A DNA stretch of 64,000 bases from Sedimentisphaerales bacterium (GTDB lineage: Bacteria; Planctomycetota; Phycisphaerae; Sedimentisphaerales; SM23-30): contig CAXXMR010000014.1 of assembly GCA_963663805.2 (NCBI GenBank), forward strand, positions 1 to 64,000, in the 5' to 3' direction. Made by a program: the position numbers and the translations under genes. Below the pieces are notes generated by a model, which was not told where the DNA came from, did no database searches, and saw only the letters and a list, made by a program, of their open reading frames with translations. Each line of letters opens with the position of its first letter. Within the stretch, counting starts at the first letter, position 1. Shown here in pieces: positions 8,293-19,178 of this stretch.

Positions 8293-10302
8293 TCACTTGC
8301 GCAGCAGATGTCGGCTGCGAATCAGTTCACCGACGGACCAGGCCTGGGCTACGCAGCCGCCGGGGTGGTGGGGGAATTCGCCGTCGAAGACCTCCGAGAC
8401 GCTGGCGATGCAGGCCTGGGTTTTGAAGTGGGTCATGAGCGGTTCGAGCATCTTGGCGGCTTGTTGGCGGGCATCGTCGGAGAAATCGTTGACCTTTAGA
8501 TAGGCCTCGATGAAAGTGCCGATAAGCCAGCCCCAGACTGTCCCCTGATGATAGGCCGAATCACGCTGATACTGGTCGCCGCCGTAATGGCTGCGATAGC
8601 GGGAATCCTGAGGGCTGAGGCTGCGCAGGCCCATTGGAGTCAGGAGATGTTCACGCACGACATCTACCACGCCGAGCTGCTGGGTGCGGTTCAGACAGCT
8701 AAACGGCAGCGAGACCGCGAAACATTGATTAGGCCTAATGGCCGCGTCGATCGTGCCGTCCGGCAGAACGCAATCATCCAGACAATTATTTTGTTCGTTC
8801 CAGAACAGTCGCACAAAACTCTCGCCCGCCCGCTCGGCCATCTGCTGATATTCAATTTTCTCGTCCGGCTCCTGCGCCGTCTCAGCCATGATATGCAGAG
8901 CGTTGATCCACAGAGCGTTAATCTCGACCGGCTTGCCGTAACGCGGCGTAAAGACATCACCATTGCACTTGGCATCCATCCAGGTAAGCTGAGTGTTGAC
9001 ATCACCGGCATTAATCAGGCCGTCAATATCAGCGTGAATATTATCGCGCGTCCCCTTTTCATAAAAAGTCGTAATCTGGGCAATGGTCGGCCGCAGAAAA
9101 TCGTAAAATGATTTTTCATCGCCGCTGGCCCGCAAATATTGATAGGCCGCGTTGATAAACCACAGCGAGGCATCGACGCTATTATAATGAGGCGGGCCGC
9201 CGTAATCATCAAAACGGTTGGGAACCATGCCCTGGTCAACCACCACGGCGAAAGTCTCCAATACCTCGCGGGCCTCATCGTAACGGCCGGTACAGAGCAG
9301 CAGACCCGGCAGGGCGATAAACGTATCACGCCCCCAGTCGGCGAACCAGTGGAAGCCGGCCAGGATACTCGCCGATTCATGCTGCTCGGTAATCTGCCGC
9401 CGCACGATAAATTGATCCGCGGCCTTTACCAAAGCAATATCGTCGGGATTCTGAGCCCCGGAAAGTTCTATCAAACGCTGATTATGCTCGCGCAGAGCCT
9501 GAACTACCTGGTCAACATCGAAATGCATCGGGCCGGGCCTTTCGTTGGCACGTGTGGCCTGAGCGATAAGCGTTGCCCGCCCCGGCACACTGATGCCGTT
9601 CGCGAATTTACCGGGTGCCCAGACATCCTCATAATCATTCTGACCCCTCCGCCGCTCCTGCCGATAGCACATGGCGTACCACCAGTCGGGGCCCTGCTGA
9701 AAATCCATTTCCGGGCAGCGCAGATGCACCGCCGCCCCGTGCGGGTCGATAGGCCGGGCGGAAAAAACATCCCCGTTCTGCTCAACCGTAAGACTAGCCG
9801 AGGAATACTGCGTACCATGAAAATCACGCAGGGAAACCAGCGGCACAAGCTCCAGCTCAACTTCACCAACCGTGCCGATAAACTCATAATCAACCAGTAC
9901 AACATCTTCTTCCGGGGAAAGGTAGATGGATTTTTCCACCGTCAGGCCCGGCAGCTCATAAAGAAAATGAACCCCGTTGTCACTCCAGAAACTTTTCAGA
10001 AAACGATAGCCCTGCGGATGCAATCGGTCGGAAAACTCAAAATTCGCCAGTTCATATGATTCCCCACCAAAGGTAACTTTTTCCAGAACCGTCGAAAGCG
10101 TAACATAACGTTCGACCGGCGGATGCAGCGACGCCACCAGCAAACCATGATACCGCCGCGTATTACAACCCAGCACCGTACTGGAAGAATAGCTGCCGCG
10201 GTAATTGCTCAACAGCCATTCGGTATCGAGATGTTCAGCGATTTTATTGATGCTGATTTGCTGATGAGTAAACTGTTCTTCGATTTCCATTTCGACCGGC
10301 AT
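8293..10302 (-). CDS. Glycogen debranching enzyme / amylo-alpha-1,6-glucosidase (archaeal/Bacteroidota type)
   Basis: TRRYHGLL N-domain; AGFHWFADWGRD, QLTWMDAK, YHQGTVW, AQAWSV motifs. Confidence 0.92.
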   Translation of the reverse strand: MPVEMEIEEQFTHQQISINKIAEHLDTEWLLSNYRGSYSSSTVLGCNTRRYHGLLVASLHPPVERYVTLSTVLEKVTFGGESYELANFEFSDRLHPQGYRFLKSFWSDNGVHFLYELPGLTVEKSIYLSPEEDVVLVDYEFIGTVGEVELELVPLVSLRDFHGTQYSSASLTVEQNGDVFSARPIDPHGAAVHLRCPEMDFQQGPDWWYAMCYRQERRRGQNDYEDVWAPGKFANGISVPGRATLIAQATRANERPGPMHFDVDQVVQALREHNQRLIELSGAQNPDDIALVKAADQFIVRRQITEQHESASILAGFHWFADWGRDTFIALPGLLLCTGRYDEAREVLETFAVVVDQGMVPNRFDDYGGPPHYNSVDASLWFINAAYQYLRASGDEKSFYDFLRPTIAQITTFYEKGTRDNIHADIDGLINAGDVNTQLTWMDAKCNGDVFTPRYGKPVEINALWINALHIMAETAQEPDEKIEYQQMAERAGESFVRLFWNEQNNCLDDCVLPDGTIDAAIRPNQCFAVSLPFSCLNRTQQLGVVDVVREHLLTPMGLRSLSPQDSRYRSHYGGDQYQRDSAYHQGTVWGWLIGTFIEAYLKVNDFSDDARQQAAKMLEPLMTHFKTQACIASVSEVFDGEFPHHPGGCVAQAWSVGELIRSRHLLRK

Positions 10303-10392
10303 CCTAATACTCCTTAGCGGATAATCCAGCAGACCGGGGTTGACCCCGTATCAGTCAGCGCTGTTTGTTAGCGTTTCAGTAAGCAACTATAT

Positions 10393-10426
10393 AAACAACA
10401 GGGGCGACTTATGGGTGTCGCCCCTG
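10393..10426 (-). terminator. Hairpin / probable intrinsic terminator after the GH57 gene
   Basis: 10-bp stem CAGGGGCGAC/GTCGCCCCTG (10399-10426), followed by TTGTTT on the minus strand. Confidence 0.55.
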
Positions 10427-10496
10427 GGTGTCTAATCATGACCTCGCTGCGGACGGGTAATCCACAACCATACAAGCCGGTGTCCGGAGTTTCGGA

Positions 10497-11690
10497 TCAC
10501 CCCACGACGGCGGCTTGACGGCAACGACTCCGCAGATTATCCATCACATTCATAAAATTTATATAAGAATCGTATGGGCTGTCATAAGGGTTGAAATACT
10601 TATGCACATCACCATCAGCAAACCACTTTGTACACATATAATAGAAATGGTCGGAAGTCTGCATCTTGCGCCAGTCTTCCAGAACCTGCTCGTCGCCTAT
10701 TTCCTTAATCTCGTCTTCCATGCGATAAAGCTCATGCAAAGCGTTCGACTGCATGGCATTGCCCAGCCACGCCGAAAGGTCACGCTCGGTATCAGCCCAG
10801 CTTATCATATGCGGCACATCAATTTCGCCTACCGGATGGTAACGATCTATCACCTCCGAGGGCGTAAGGAAATCATTGTCGGGATGACGTAGTATTTCGT
10901 CGGGCAGATGCTTCAGGAAATCAAAAATACCGGTATCTTCCCATTGATGTTCGCCCAGCGTTTCGTAATCCATAAACAGATTTACGGTATTACCGTTGCC
11001 GTTGACATCCGATACCCAGCGGGCAAACTTCGGAGCCGTTAGAGGCCACTCCGCCCAGCCGCGGTTGGAAAAACGAAAAGCAATGTCATCACTCAGACGG
11101 TAATTCTTGAGCATCAGTTTGATGCCGCCGAAATCCCCCGCCGGATTATACAGGAAGTTCGGGCTGCGATAGCCCAGGATATGGTCGGCACCCTCACACA
11201 CCAAAGCATCAAAGCCCAGTTCTTTAATGAAGGCGGCCAGGTCATTATTGTAAATCAGCTCGGTGTTGCGAAACACTCGCGGCTTCTGGCCAAAAAGGTC
11301 GTAGAGTCTATCCTGATGTTTGCGGACCTGATGAGCGAACTCGTCGCGCGAATACAGAAACGAAAGACTGTGATAATAAGTCTCAGCCAGAAACTCCACA
11401 CAGCCCGTCTGAGCCAGAGCGTGGAAGGTACTCATAACTTCCGGGGCGTATTCCTGAAGCTGGTCCAGCACCACACCGGTTATACTATAAGAAATCCTGA
11501 AACGGCCATCGAAACGGTTAATCAAATCCAGCATAAGCCGATTGGCCGGCAGGTAACATTTATGCGCCACCTTACGGCAGACTTGAGCATTCTTGAACTC
11601 ATCGAAATAATTATGCTCCTTGTCAAAAATACTGTACCTGCGCAGACGATAAGGCTGGTGGACCTGAAAATAAAAACAAACTGATGCCAT
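10497..11690 (-). CDS. Glycoside hydrolase family 57 alpha-amylase
   Basis: FQVHQP, ETYYHSL, FRNTEL, FMDYETLGEH, SWAD, TSDHFYYM motifs. Confidence 0.93.
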   Translation of the reverse strand: MASVCFYFQVHQPYRLRRYSIFDKEHNYFDEFKNAQVCRKVAHKCYLPANRLMLDLINRFDGRFRISYSITGVVLDQLQEYAPEVMSTFHALAQTGCVEFLAETYYHSLSFLYSRDEFAHQVRKHQDRLYDLFGQKPRVFRNTELIYNNDLAAFIKELGFDALVCEGADHILGYRSPNFLYNPAGDFGGIKLMLKNYRLSDDIAFRFSNRGWAEWPLTAPKFARWVSDVNGNGNTVNLFMDYETLGEHQWEDTGIFDFLKHLPDEILRHPDNDFLTPSEVIDRYHPVGEIDVPHMISWADTERDLSAWLGNAMQSNALHELYRMEDEIKEIGDEQVLEDWRKMQTSDHFYYMCTKWFADGDVHKYFNPYDSPYDSYINFMNVMDNLRSRCRQAAVVG

Positions 11691-11809
11691 AATGATTCCT
11701 TTAACTTATTCCGTTTTACCGGCGTTGCCCTCACTCACCCCAACGTATATATTCTCACTCGTCCTAACAGCTCTTGCGGCCTGATCCCGACCATCCGCAA
11801 ATCCACCAA

Positions 11810-13171
11810 CTATACCGGAACCGCCAAAAGCGAGTCGTAAACATCAATACATTGTCGGGCCGCTTCCTTCCAGGACATTTTACGTACCTCGAAGTTGCCG
11901 TGTTCGCGTAAAGTCACCTGTAAAGGAGGATGACGCAAAACCGCGACTATTTTATTTGCCATCTCGTCAACATCCCAGAAGTCAACCTTCAATGCGTGCG
12001 TCAGTACTTCAGAAACCCCGCTTTGTTTGCTGATAAGCACCGGCACATCGTTACGCAGAGCTTCCAGCGGCACCAGACCAAAAGGCTCAGATACCGACGG
12101 CATAACAAACAAATCCGCCATCTGGAACATTTTATCAACATCACTGCCCCGCAAAAATCCGGTAAACAGCACCTTATGGCCGATACCCATCTCGGCAGCC
12201 ATTTCTATCGTCCGGCGAATCATATCGCCCGAACCGGCCATGACAAATTTAACGTTGTCCATGACCTCAAGAACTTTCTTGGCCGCAGCCAGAAAATACT
12301 CCGGCCCCTTCTGCATCGTAATCCGACCCAGGAAAAGAACTATCTTCTCGTCGTTCCTGATATAAGCCCGGCCCGCATCCGGCGTATGGCCGTTCTGTTC
12401 GATAGCGTTATAGACCACCCTAACTTTTTCAGGTGAAACCCCATAACGGTTTATAACTATTTGGCTGGTCAGATAACTGACAGCGATAACCTGGCTGGCA
12501 TAATGCAGCCCCTGCCGTTCGATGTCATAGACCATCTGATTAACATTTTCGCCGCTGCGGTCAAACTCCGTGGAATGGATATGCACCACCAGGGGCTTAC
12601 CCGTCATGGCTGAAACAGCGACCCCCGCCGGATAGGTCATCCAGTCATGGGCATGAACCACGTCAAAATCTTCCTGACGAGCGATAAGGCTGGCCAAACG
12701 AGCATAACGCTGCACCTCAAGATACAAATCACCGCCGTAATGACCGCCGCCCCCTCCGCCATTACCACCGATATTGAACAGATTCAACTCGTCATAAGGA
12801 ATACCGGCTAAACGAAAGGCTTCACGAAGCTCATTCGCCCCTTTATCACAGATCATCTGTTCATAACTGTCAGGGGTCTGATAAGGCTGAAGCATCGAAG
12901 GCAAAGTACGAAATGTCACATTGTCGAATTCTTCGAGACTATAGGTCTGCCCCACACCGCCATCGCGCAAAGCTCGCTCCACCCGCCCCACCGGACCACT
13001 CGGCCAAGCCATCTTTACATGGGACGCGCTCTCCCCAAAAACCGGCTTGGGCAAAACGAAAGTTATCTCCGTACCCAGCTTGCTCATAGCACGAGTCAGG
13101 CCATAACAAGCGGTACCCAAACCTCCGGATATGAATGGCGGGAATTCCCAGCCTAACATTAGTATTCTCAT
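11810..13171 (-). CDS. GT4 glycosyltransferase (probable glycogen/alpha-glucan synthase)
   Basis: GWEFPP..SGGLG, HAHDW, SEPFGLVPLEA; co-oriented with GH57 and the debranching enzyme. Confidence 0.9.
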   Translation of the reverse strand: MRILMLGWEFPPFISGGLGTACYGLTRAMSKLGTEITFVLPKPVFGESASHVKMAWPSGPVGRVERALRDGGVGQTYSLEEFDNVTFRTLPSMLQPYQTPDSYEQMICDKGANELREAFRLAGIPYDELNLFNIGGNGGGGGGHYGGDLYLEVQRYARLASLIARQEDFDVVHAHDWMTYPAGVAVSAMTGKPLVVHIHSTEFDRSGENVNQMVYDIERQGLHYASQVIAVSYLTSQIVINRYGVSPEKVRVVYNAIEQNGHTPDAGRAYIRNDEKIVLFLGRITMQKGPEYFLAAAKKVLEVMDNVKFVMAGSGDMIRRTIEMAAEMGIGHKVLFTGFLRGSDVDKMFQMADLFVMPSVSEPFGLVPLEALRNDVPVLISKQSGVSEVLTHALKVDFWDVDEMANKIVAVLRHPPLQVTLREHGNFEVRKMSWKEAARQCIDVYDSLLAVPV

Positions 13172-13798
13172 GCCTGCACCGTCCCTGGTCCTGCTGGAAC
13201 CACAATATCCAGCCTGAATCCTGTGTCTTTAGTCTGACTCAAAAAAAATCCACCGGTTAATAACCAAAATTTTGTTAATACTTGCCCTAACTGGGCTTAC
13301 CGAAATTAACGCGGCTACTCCAATCGCCGGACGTTAATACATAATTATTACACATCCAACCAGCCAAAGCAACTGACTTTTGCAAAATAAAACATCTAAT
13401 TAACAAAGAGACTAAAGTTATATGCCCAGTCGAGATAAACCCGGTACATAACCGAGACCATGGCTCGACAAAGCCGCGAACCCCGTTACGTCCCACCGGC
13501 TTTTCAAAAAAAACATCTACAGTGACAACTGTCTGACATACGATCGGCCGCCTCTAAAAAGCCTTTCGTACCTCATTATACATATCCGCCGAAACGAATA
13601 CATTTTATTTTGTCTGTATTCGAGTTATCGACCGGGCCTGCCCAAATTGATTAATAAAAAAGGGCAAAAAATCCCGCTTAAAATACTGATAAACCTTTTT
13701 CAACAGTTATCCATAATGAACCACATTCCACAATCAATAATCAGCCACCCGACGAAGAGATAGAGAACAACCAGAGAGTAAATTATACACAAAAACCG

Positions 13799-14074
13799 TC
13801 AGCGGGCCCGAAAAAAACGGGTACTCGTGCCACCAGAACCAATTTTCACCCGTACCTGACGCAAACAACGCGGACAGCGACCTTCATAGGAAGTGCCATC
13901 CCGGTTACGATAAATCCGCTGATAAATCTGGCAGCACTCGAACAAAACACTTATATGAGGCCTGCCCGCGGCCTTCTGAGAGGAAATATTGGCTTCAAGA
14001 GTACTATCACTTCCACCTGGACCTACCAATCTCCGCCCACCAATCTCAACTATATAATCCGGTTCCTCTGCCAT
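13799..14074 (-). CDS. Small Cys-motif hypothetical protein
   Basis: FECC..Y.RIY.N...Y.GRCPRC; start probably MAEEPD (14074). Confidence 0.7.
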   Translation of the reverse strand: MAEEPDYIVEIGGRRLVGPGGSDSTLEANISSQKAAGRPHISVLFECCQIYQRIYRNRDGTSYEGRCPRCLRQVRVKIGSGGTSTRFFRAR

Positions 14075-14357
14075 AACAGATAATATACCCATTTCCGTTT
14101 AAGTTGCCAAGCTGACACCATAAAAATCCTAAGCCTATATCATGTTTGACTTTACAATTAAACAGCAATCATTTTATATATTTCCTGGCTATGATATAGT
14201 TACAAAATTGAATAATTCCCCAAAAATTGGCCCCTTTAGTCATTTTTTAATAATTTGCAGAGGGCCTTTTCTGACGCTAAAATCTACCTCGGAGGCAATG
14301 AAGGAATTTTTATGCTTGGCCACCAGGCACAACGTTTAAAAAGACAGGAAAGGCAAA

Positions 14358-14627
14358 ATGGCAGGCAGGATTAAAATTGACAGCGAACGCTGCAAAGGCT
14401 GCGGTCTTTGTATCGAGGCCTGTGCCCAACAGTGCATCGTTATATCGACTCAGGCCAATAGCACCGGCTACTTCCCCGCCGAATCAGGCAACGTTAATTG
14501 CACCGGCTGCGCAGCCTGCGCCCTGATGTGCCCCGATGCGGCCATCACCGTATTCCGCGACCCGATTAAAAATATCTCGGCACCGGATAACAAAAAATCA
14601 CCGGCTGTGACCAGGGGAAAATCATGA
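14358..14627 (+). CDS. 2[4Fe-4S] ferredoxin, delta subunit of 2-oxoacid:ferredoxin oxidoreductase
   Basis: Two CxxCxxCxxxC motifs; ATGA overlap with the alpha subunit. Confidence 0.92.
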   Translation: MAGRIKIDSERCKGCGLCIEACAQQCIVISTQANSTGYFPAESGNVNCTGCAACALMCPDAAITVFRDPIKNISAPDNKKSPAVTRGKS

Positions 14628-15697
14628 CAAAAAACGAAAAACTGCTGATGTGCGGAAATGAAGCTCTCGCCGAAGCCGCCATTCTCGCCGGACTCGATGC
14701 CTATTTTGGGTATCCTATCACCCCACAGAACGAAATACCCGCTTATATGTCTCGGCGCATGCCCGAAGAAGGTCGGGTTTTTGTCCAGAGCGAAAGTGAG
14801 CTGGCCGCTATTAATATGGTTATGGGCGCCGCCTCGACCGGGGCGCGGGCCATGACCAGTTCGTCAAGCCCCGGTGTAAGCCTCATGCAGGAAGGCATAA
14901 GTTACCTCGCCGGCTGCCAGCTTCCTTCGGTATTGGTAAATATCGTTCGGGGCGGACCAGGCCTTGGCAATATCAGCGGGGCCCAGTCAGACTATTTTCA
15001 ATCTACCAGAGGCGGCGGACACGGCGATTATCGCACCATTGTCCTTGCCCCGGCCAGCGTGCAGGAAATCGCTGATTTGACTTTTCTGGCCTTCGACTTG
15101 GCCGACCAGTACCGCATGACCGTAATGATTCTCGGCGACGGCGTACTCGGCCAGATGATGGAACCGGTAGTACTGGAAAAAGACCGACCCCAAAGAAAGC
15201 TGCCCAAAAAAGACTGGGCCTTGACCGGCGCCGAAAATCGCCCTCAAAACATTGTGCGATCTTTGTGCATGGGTGACGGCGAGTTGGAACGACACAATAT
15301 CGCATTACAAAAACGCTACGAGAAAATCCAGAAAGGCGAAGTCCTTTGGGAAGATGCCCACCTCGAAGATGCCGAAATCGTATTGGTTTCTTATGGCATT
15401 ACTTCACGCATTGTCCGTTCCGCTGTTAATCAAGCCCGAAGCAAAGGTATAAAGGCGGGCTGGATTCGCCCCATCACCCTTTGGCCCTTCCCCTATGACA
15501 CCCTGAGCAAAGCCGCCGAAACTGCCGAAGTACTTTTGTCAGTGGAAATGAGCTGCGGCCAGATGGTAGACGATGTCAAAATCGCCGCTGCCGGCAAAGC
15601 CGCCGTCGAACTCTTCGGTCGTCCCGGCGGGGGTATCCCGACAGTCGAACAGGTGCTTGAGCAAATCGAAAATTTCACAGCACCGGTGAAAGGTTAG
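14624..15697 (+). CDS. vorB: 2-oxoacid (2-oxoisovalerate-type):ferredoxin oxidoreductase alpha subunit
   Basis: GNEA, GYPITPQ, ESELAA, TSSSSPG, RGGPGLG motifs. Confidence 0.9.
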   Translation: MTKNEKLLMCGNEALAEAAILAGLDAYFGYPITPQNEIPAYMSRRMPEEGRVFVQSESELAAINMVMGAASTGARAMTSSSSPGVSLMQEGISYLAGCQLPSVLVNIVRGGPGLGNISGAQSDYFQSTRGGGHGDYRTIVLAPASVQEIADLTFLAFDLADQYRMTVMILGDGVLGQMMEPVVLEKDRPQRKLPKKDWALTGAENRPQNIVRSLCMGDGELERHNIALQKRYEKIQKGEVLWEDAHLEDAEIVLVSYGITSRIVRSAVNQARSKGIKAGWIRPITLWPFPYDTLSKAAETAEVLLSVEMSCGQMVDDVKIAAAGKAAVELFGRPGGGIPTVEQVLEQIENFTAPVKG

Positions 15698-15701
15698 AAT
15701 T

Positions 15702-16436
15702 ATGCAAACGGTATTCAAAAAAACCGATACCCTTAAAGATTGCGTAACACATTATTGTCCCGGTTGCGGGCACGGTCTGGTCCATCGGCTCGTCGCCGAA
15801 ACAATCGACGAACTGAACATTCACGACAAAACTATCGGTATCGCCCCGGTTGGCTGTGCGGTCTGGGCCTACAATTATCTTGATGTTGACATGGTCGAAG
15901 TCGCTCACGGTCGCGCCCCGGCTGTCGCTACCGGCATCAAACGCGTGCGCCCCCAGAATATTGTCTTTTCCTATCAGGGCGACGGCGACCTGGCCTCTAT
16001 CGGTGCTGCCGAAATCCTCCACGCCGCCCATCGTGCCGAAAGAATCACGGTTATCTTTGTAAACAACGCTATCTACGGCATGACCGGCGGCCAGATGGCC
16101 CCGACCACCATGCTGAATCAGGTAACCGCCACCACCCCTAACGGCCGCGATGCTTCACGCGAAGGCTATCCTCTGCAAGTTGCCGAACTGCTCTCGGTCC
16201 TGCCGGGCGCGATTTATGTTGAGCGTTGTTCCGTTTACGATGCCGGCCAGGTCCGCAAATGCAAAAAGGCTTTAATGCATGCCTTCCAGCTCCAAATCAA
16301 CAACGAGCCGGGCCTGTCCCTGGTTGAGGTGCTCTCACCCTGCCCGACCTACTGGCGCATGTCGCCCCCCAAAGCCATGAACTTCATTAAAACCGACATG
16401 TCCCAGGTTTTTCCCCTGGGTCGTCTCAAAGGTTAA
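15702..16436 (+). CDS. 2-oxoacid:ferredoxin oxidoreductase beta (TPP-binding) subunit
   Basis: YCPGCGH, HGRA, GDGD..NN TPP motif, MTGGQMAPT, SPCP. Confidence 0.92.
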   Translation: MQTVFKKTDTLKDCVTHYCPGCGHGLVHRLVAETIDELNIHDKTIGIAPVGCAVWAYNYLDVDMVEVAHGRAPAVATGIKRVRPQNIVFSYQGDGDLASIGAAEILHAAHRAERITVIFVNNAIYGMTGGQMAPTTMLNQVTATTPNGRDASREGYPLQVAELLSVLPGAIYVERCSVYDAGQVRKCKKALMHAFQLQINNEPGLSLVEVLSPCPTYWRMSPPKAMNFIKTDMSQVFPLGRLKG

Positions 16437-16468
16437 AATAATTTCCGCCTCAAGCGAAAGGTTGAGTT

Positions 16469-17023
16469 GTGATAGCAAATAAATTCCATGAAGATTTGAT
16501 GATAGCGGGATTCGGCGGCCAGGGCATAATCCTCGCCGGTAAACTGCTGGCCCATTCCGCCATGCGTAGTAATCTCGAAGTAACCTACATGCCCAGCTAC
16601 GGTGCCGAAGTACGCGGCGGAACCGCTAAATGCATCGTCTGCCTTTCCGATGAACCGGTCGCCTGCCCAATCACCACCCACCCCGATACCCTCATCGCCC
16701 TGAACCAGGCCTCCATGCTCAAATACACCCCCTGGCTTAAACCCGGCGGAACGTTAATCTACAACAGTTCATCAATCACTCAGGCCCCCGACCGAACCGA
16801 CATCGAGATCATCGCTGTACCAGTAGACCAAATCGCCGCCGAACTCGGCTCGCCCAAAAGCGCCAACATGGTAGCCCTGGGCGCTTACCTCGGTCAACGA
16901 CACTGCCTCGACCTCGATACCGCCGTGGCGTCACTAACCGACGTACTCGCCCAACGCTATCACAAAACCATCCCCGTCAACGAAAAAGCACTCCGACAAG
17001 GCGCAGCCTTTACAAAAAACTAA
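16469..17023 (+). CDS. 2-oxoacid:ferredoxin oxidoreductase gamma subunit
   Basis: AGFGGQG, SYGAEVRGG, NMVALG. Confidence 0.92.
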   Translation: MIANKFHEDLMIAGFGGQGIILAGKLLAHSAMRSNLEVTYMPSYGAEVRGGTAKCIVCLSDEPVACPITTHPDTLIALNQASMLKYTPWLKPGGTLIYNSSSITQAPDRTDIEIIAVPVDQIAAELGSPKSANMVALGAYLGQRHCLDLDTAVASLTDVLAQRYHKTIPVNEKALRQGAAFTKN

Positions 17024-17062
17024 GCTTTCCCTTTCTAAAAGACCCCGAAGGGGCGAAAGAAA
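17023..17062. repeat. Dispersed REP-like hairpin GACCCC-N3-GGGGCGAAAGAAA
   Basis: Near-identical inverted copy at about 36243-36282; core also at about 57002-57021. Confidence 0.7.
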
Positions 17063-17147
17063 CCACTATGACCCCTTACATTTTTTCTAATTGCCACTGC
17101 TGTTAATAGCTAAAAACCGCATAATGATTTCATGCGATTGCCCTGAC

Positions 17148-17762
17148 TCAGAGAATCACCGGCAGAATATTACTGGCCGGGCTCTCGCCGTCGGCATTAC
17201 TGGCGCTGACGAGGTATTCCATCTGAACCCCGCACGGCTGGTTGATGAGCGTTATGAGATTATCGTAGAAGAAATTGACAATCTGCCAGCTGCCGACCTG
17301 ACCGGAAGTATCATAATCGCGGCGTTTGACGATATAATTCCGCACCGCGCCGCTGGCTTCGGGTCTGGTCCATTGCAAAGTTACTTCACCGGCACCCAAT
17401 TGCGGGCTGTGCAGATTGGTCGGGGCGGTCGGGGCTTTTATGGGGGTGGCGGGGCTTCGGGTGCCCCAGCCGATGAGGGTGAGTTTGTCGGGGTCGGAGG
17501 CGACGTCGGTCTCGGAGATTTTGAGGCAGCGTTTCATGGTCTTTTTAAGGTTGGCGAAGGCTGTTTGTTTGGCCTGCGTGGCCATAATCAGATTGCTCTG
17601 GCGGCGGTTCTGTTCCTCGCAGCTTAACCTGAACTGATACTCAACGTTGCTCAAAGTGTACCAGTTTATGGAGGGGAACCAGTCGGACTGATAATGGAAC
17701 CCGCTAATCATTTTGCGGGCCAGTTCGGTGATTTCGCTTTGTTTCTGAGGGAAGACGGCCAT
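17148..17762 (-). CDS. Fibronectin type III domain protein, paralog 2
   Basis: 204 aa; C-terminal FN3 nearly identical to that of 17835-18449. Confidence 0.85.
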   Translation of the reverse strand: MAVFPQKQSEITELARKMISGFHYQSDWFPSINWYTLSNVEYQFRLSCEEQNRRQSNLIMATQAKQTAFANLKKTMKRCLKISETDVASDPDKLTLIGWGTRSPATPIKAPTAPTNLHSPQLGAGEVTLQWTRPEASGAVRNYIVKRRDYDTSGQVGSWQIVNFFYDNLITLINQPCGVQMEYLVSASNADGESPASNILPVIL

Positions 17763-17834
17763 TTCATTCTCGCTTTCAAAGACCGCCGGATGAGCCGACC
17801 GCAGGCCGACCCATCAGGCAGTATTTCCGCATTA

Positions 17835-18449
17835 TTAAAGGACCACCGGCAGGATGTTACTGGCCGGGCTCTCGCCGCCGGCATTGCTGGCGATGACGAT
17901 GTATTCCATCTGAACCCCGCGCGGCTGGTTGATGAGCGTTACGAGATTATCATAGAAGAAATTGACAATCTGCCAGCTGCCCACCTGACCGGAAGTATCA
18001 TAATCACGGCGTTTAACAATATAATTCCGTACCGTACCGCCAGCTTCGGGCTTGGCCCACTGTAAAACGACTTCACCGGCACCCTGCTGATTACTGCGCA
18101 GATTGGTCGGGGCCGTGGGCGGAGCGATCGGGGTACCGGGGCTCTTGGTGCCCCAGCCAATGAGAGAGAGTTTATCGGGGTCATCGGCGGTATCGACCTC
18201 GGAGACTTTCAGGTCGTTTTTCATCAGCTCGACCAGAGCCGCGAACTTATCGTTCTTGGCGGTAGTGGCGATCCGGGCCTGTCCCCGGGCGCTTTCCTGG
18301 GCAGCACGGGCGGCCTTGAACTCCGTTAGCGCCGTCTCCAGCGTTAGCACCGCTACGCCGGGGAAATCCTCACCGTATTCGGTATAACCATCAACCATGG
18401 CTTCGGCCAGACCGACTACATCATTCTCAGACTTAGGAAAATTAGCCAT
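17835..18449 (-). CDS. Fibronectin type III domain protein, paralog 3
   Basis: 204 aa; RBS GAAAGGA; same architecture as paralogs 1 and 2. Confidence 0.87.
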   Translation of the reverse strand: MANFPKSENDVVGLAEAMVDGYTEYGEDFPGVAVLTLETALTEFKAARAAQESARGQARIATTAKNDKFAALVELMKNDLKVSEVDTADDPDKLSLIGWGTKSPGTPIAPPTAPTNLRSNQQGAGEVVLQWAKPEAGGTVRNYIVKRRDYDTSGQVGSWQIVNFFYDNLVTLINQPRGVQMEYIVIASNAGGESPASNILPVVL

Positions 18450-18810
18450 TGCTAAATCCTTTCCAATAAAAAAACACTAACCTTGCGGCCCTCCGATGCA
18501 CGCTGCGCGGAGGTAGCCTTTTGAAAAATACATTACTTCTTTACAGATACGAATACATCTTGAAGCAAAATGCTTCCGGCCGTCCCCGGTTGACTGTCCC
18601 GTTGGCCGGTTGTGACTTCGGAAGGAACAGAGGGACAGGTAAAGATAAAAAAACAGATTTTATCGCGGGACATTCAAGCCTTATCCGGCTAAATGTCTAG
18701 ATTAAGGTGATTTATCCTGTGGATAACTTTTTTGAAGTTTTTTTGCTGCTTAAACAAATGCCGGTCATTATGGGACGGATAAGCAAGAGATAATATCAGC
18801 TTTAGCTGAA

Positions 18811-18980
18811 GATGTCAGAGGTCAGATTTCAGAAATCAGACAAACAAGATAACGGAATTGTTTAACAGGGTTGACAAGTTTTTCCTGCTGAATTCTGACA
18901 ACTGACCTCTGATTTCTGATTTAGCCGCAGAGTGCGTATCGCACAGATAGATAGTTGCGGATTTTCGCGGATTAAAGACA
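18811..18980. repeat. Modular intergenic repeat: inverted arms of (TCAGANN)n heptamers plus CCGC..CGCGGATT module
   Basis: GTCAGAGGTCAGATTTCAGAAATCAGA ... CTGACAACTGACCTCTGATTTCTGA; related modules at 21826-22025. Confidence 0.75.
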
Positions 18981-19178
18981 AATATTGGGCGGGATAGTGA
19001 GATTTAAGCTGAATTCATAGTTAAATAATGGCAAATGAGGGAATGCCGGGCCGCTGGGCGGTTAAGTTGCGGGGATTTAAGGTTTTAAGGGGGGGTTTGA
19101 GCTGTTGTTTGTTTTGTGTTTTCCTTGAGAATGAAGAAATATGAGGATTTGGGCATTAATTACAAATTTTTTCATTGA

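Noticed and set aside
17148..18449. DGR template/variable repeat pair in the FN3 genes
   Set aside because: Differences are not adenine-specific, both copies are coding, and no reverse transcriptase is present.
18718..18726. DnaA box TGTGGATAA / oriC
   Set aside because: Single intergenic perfect box, no cluster, no dnaA/dnaN; the multiple skew flips do not fit one origin.
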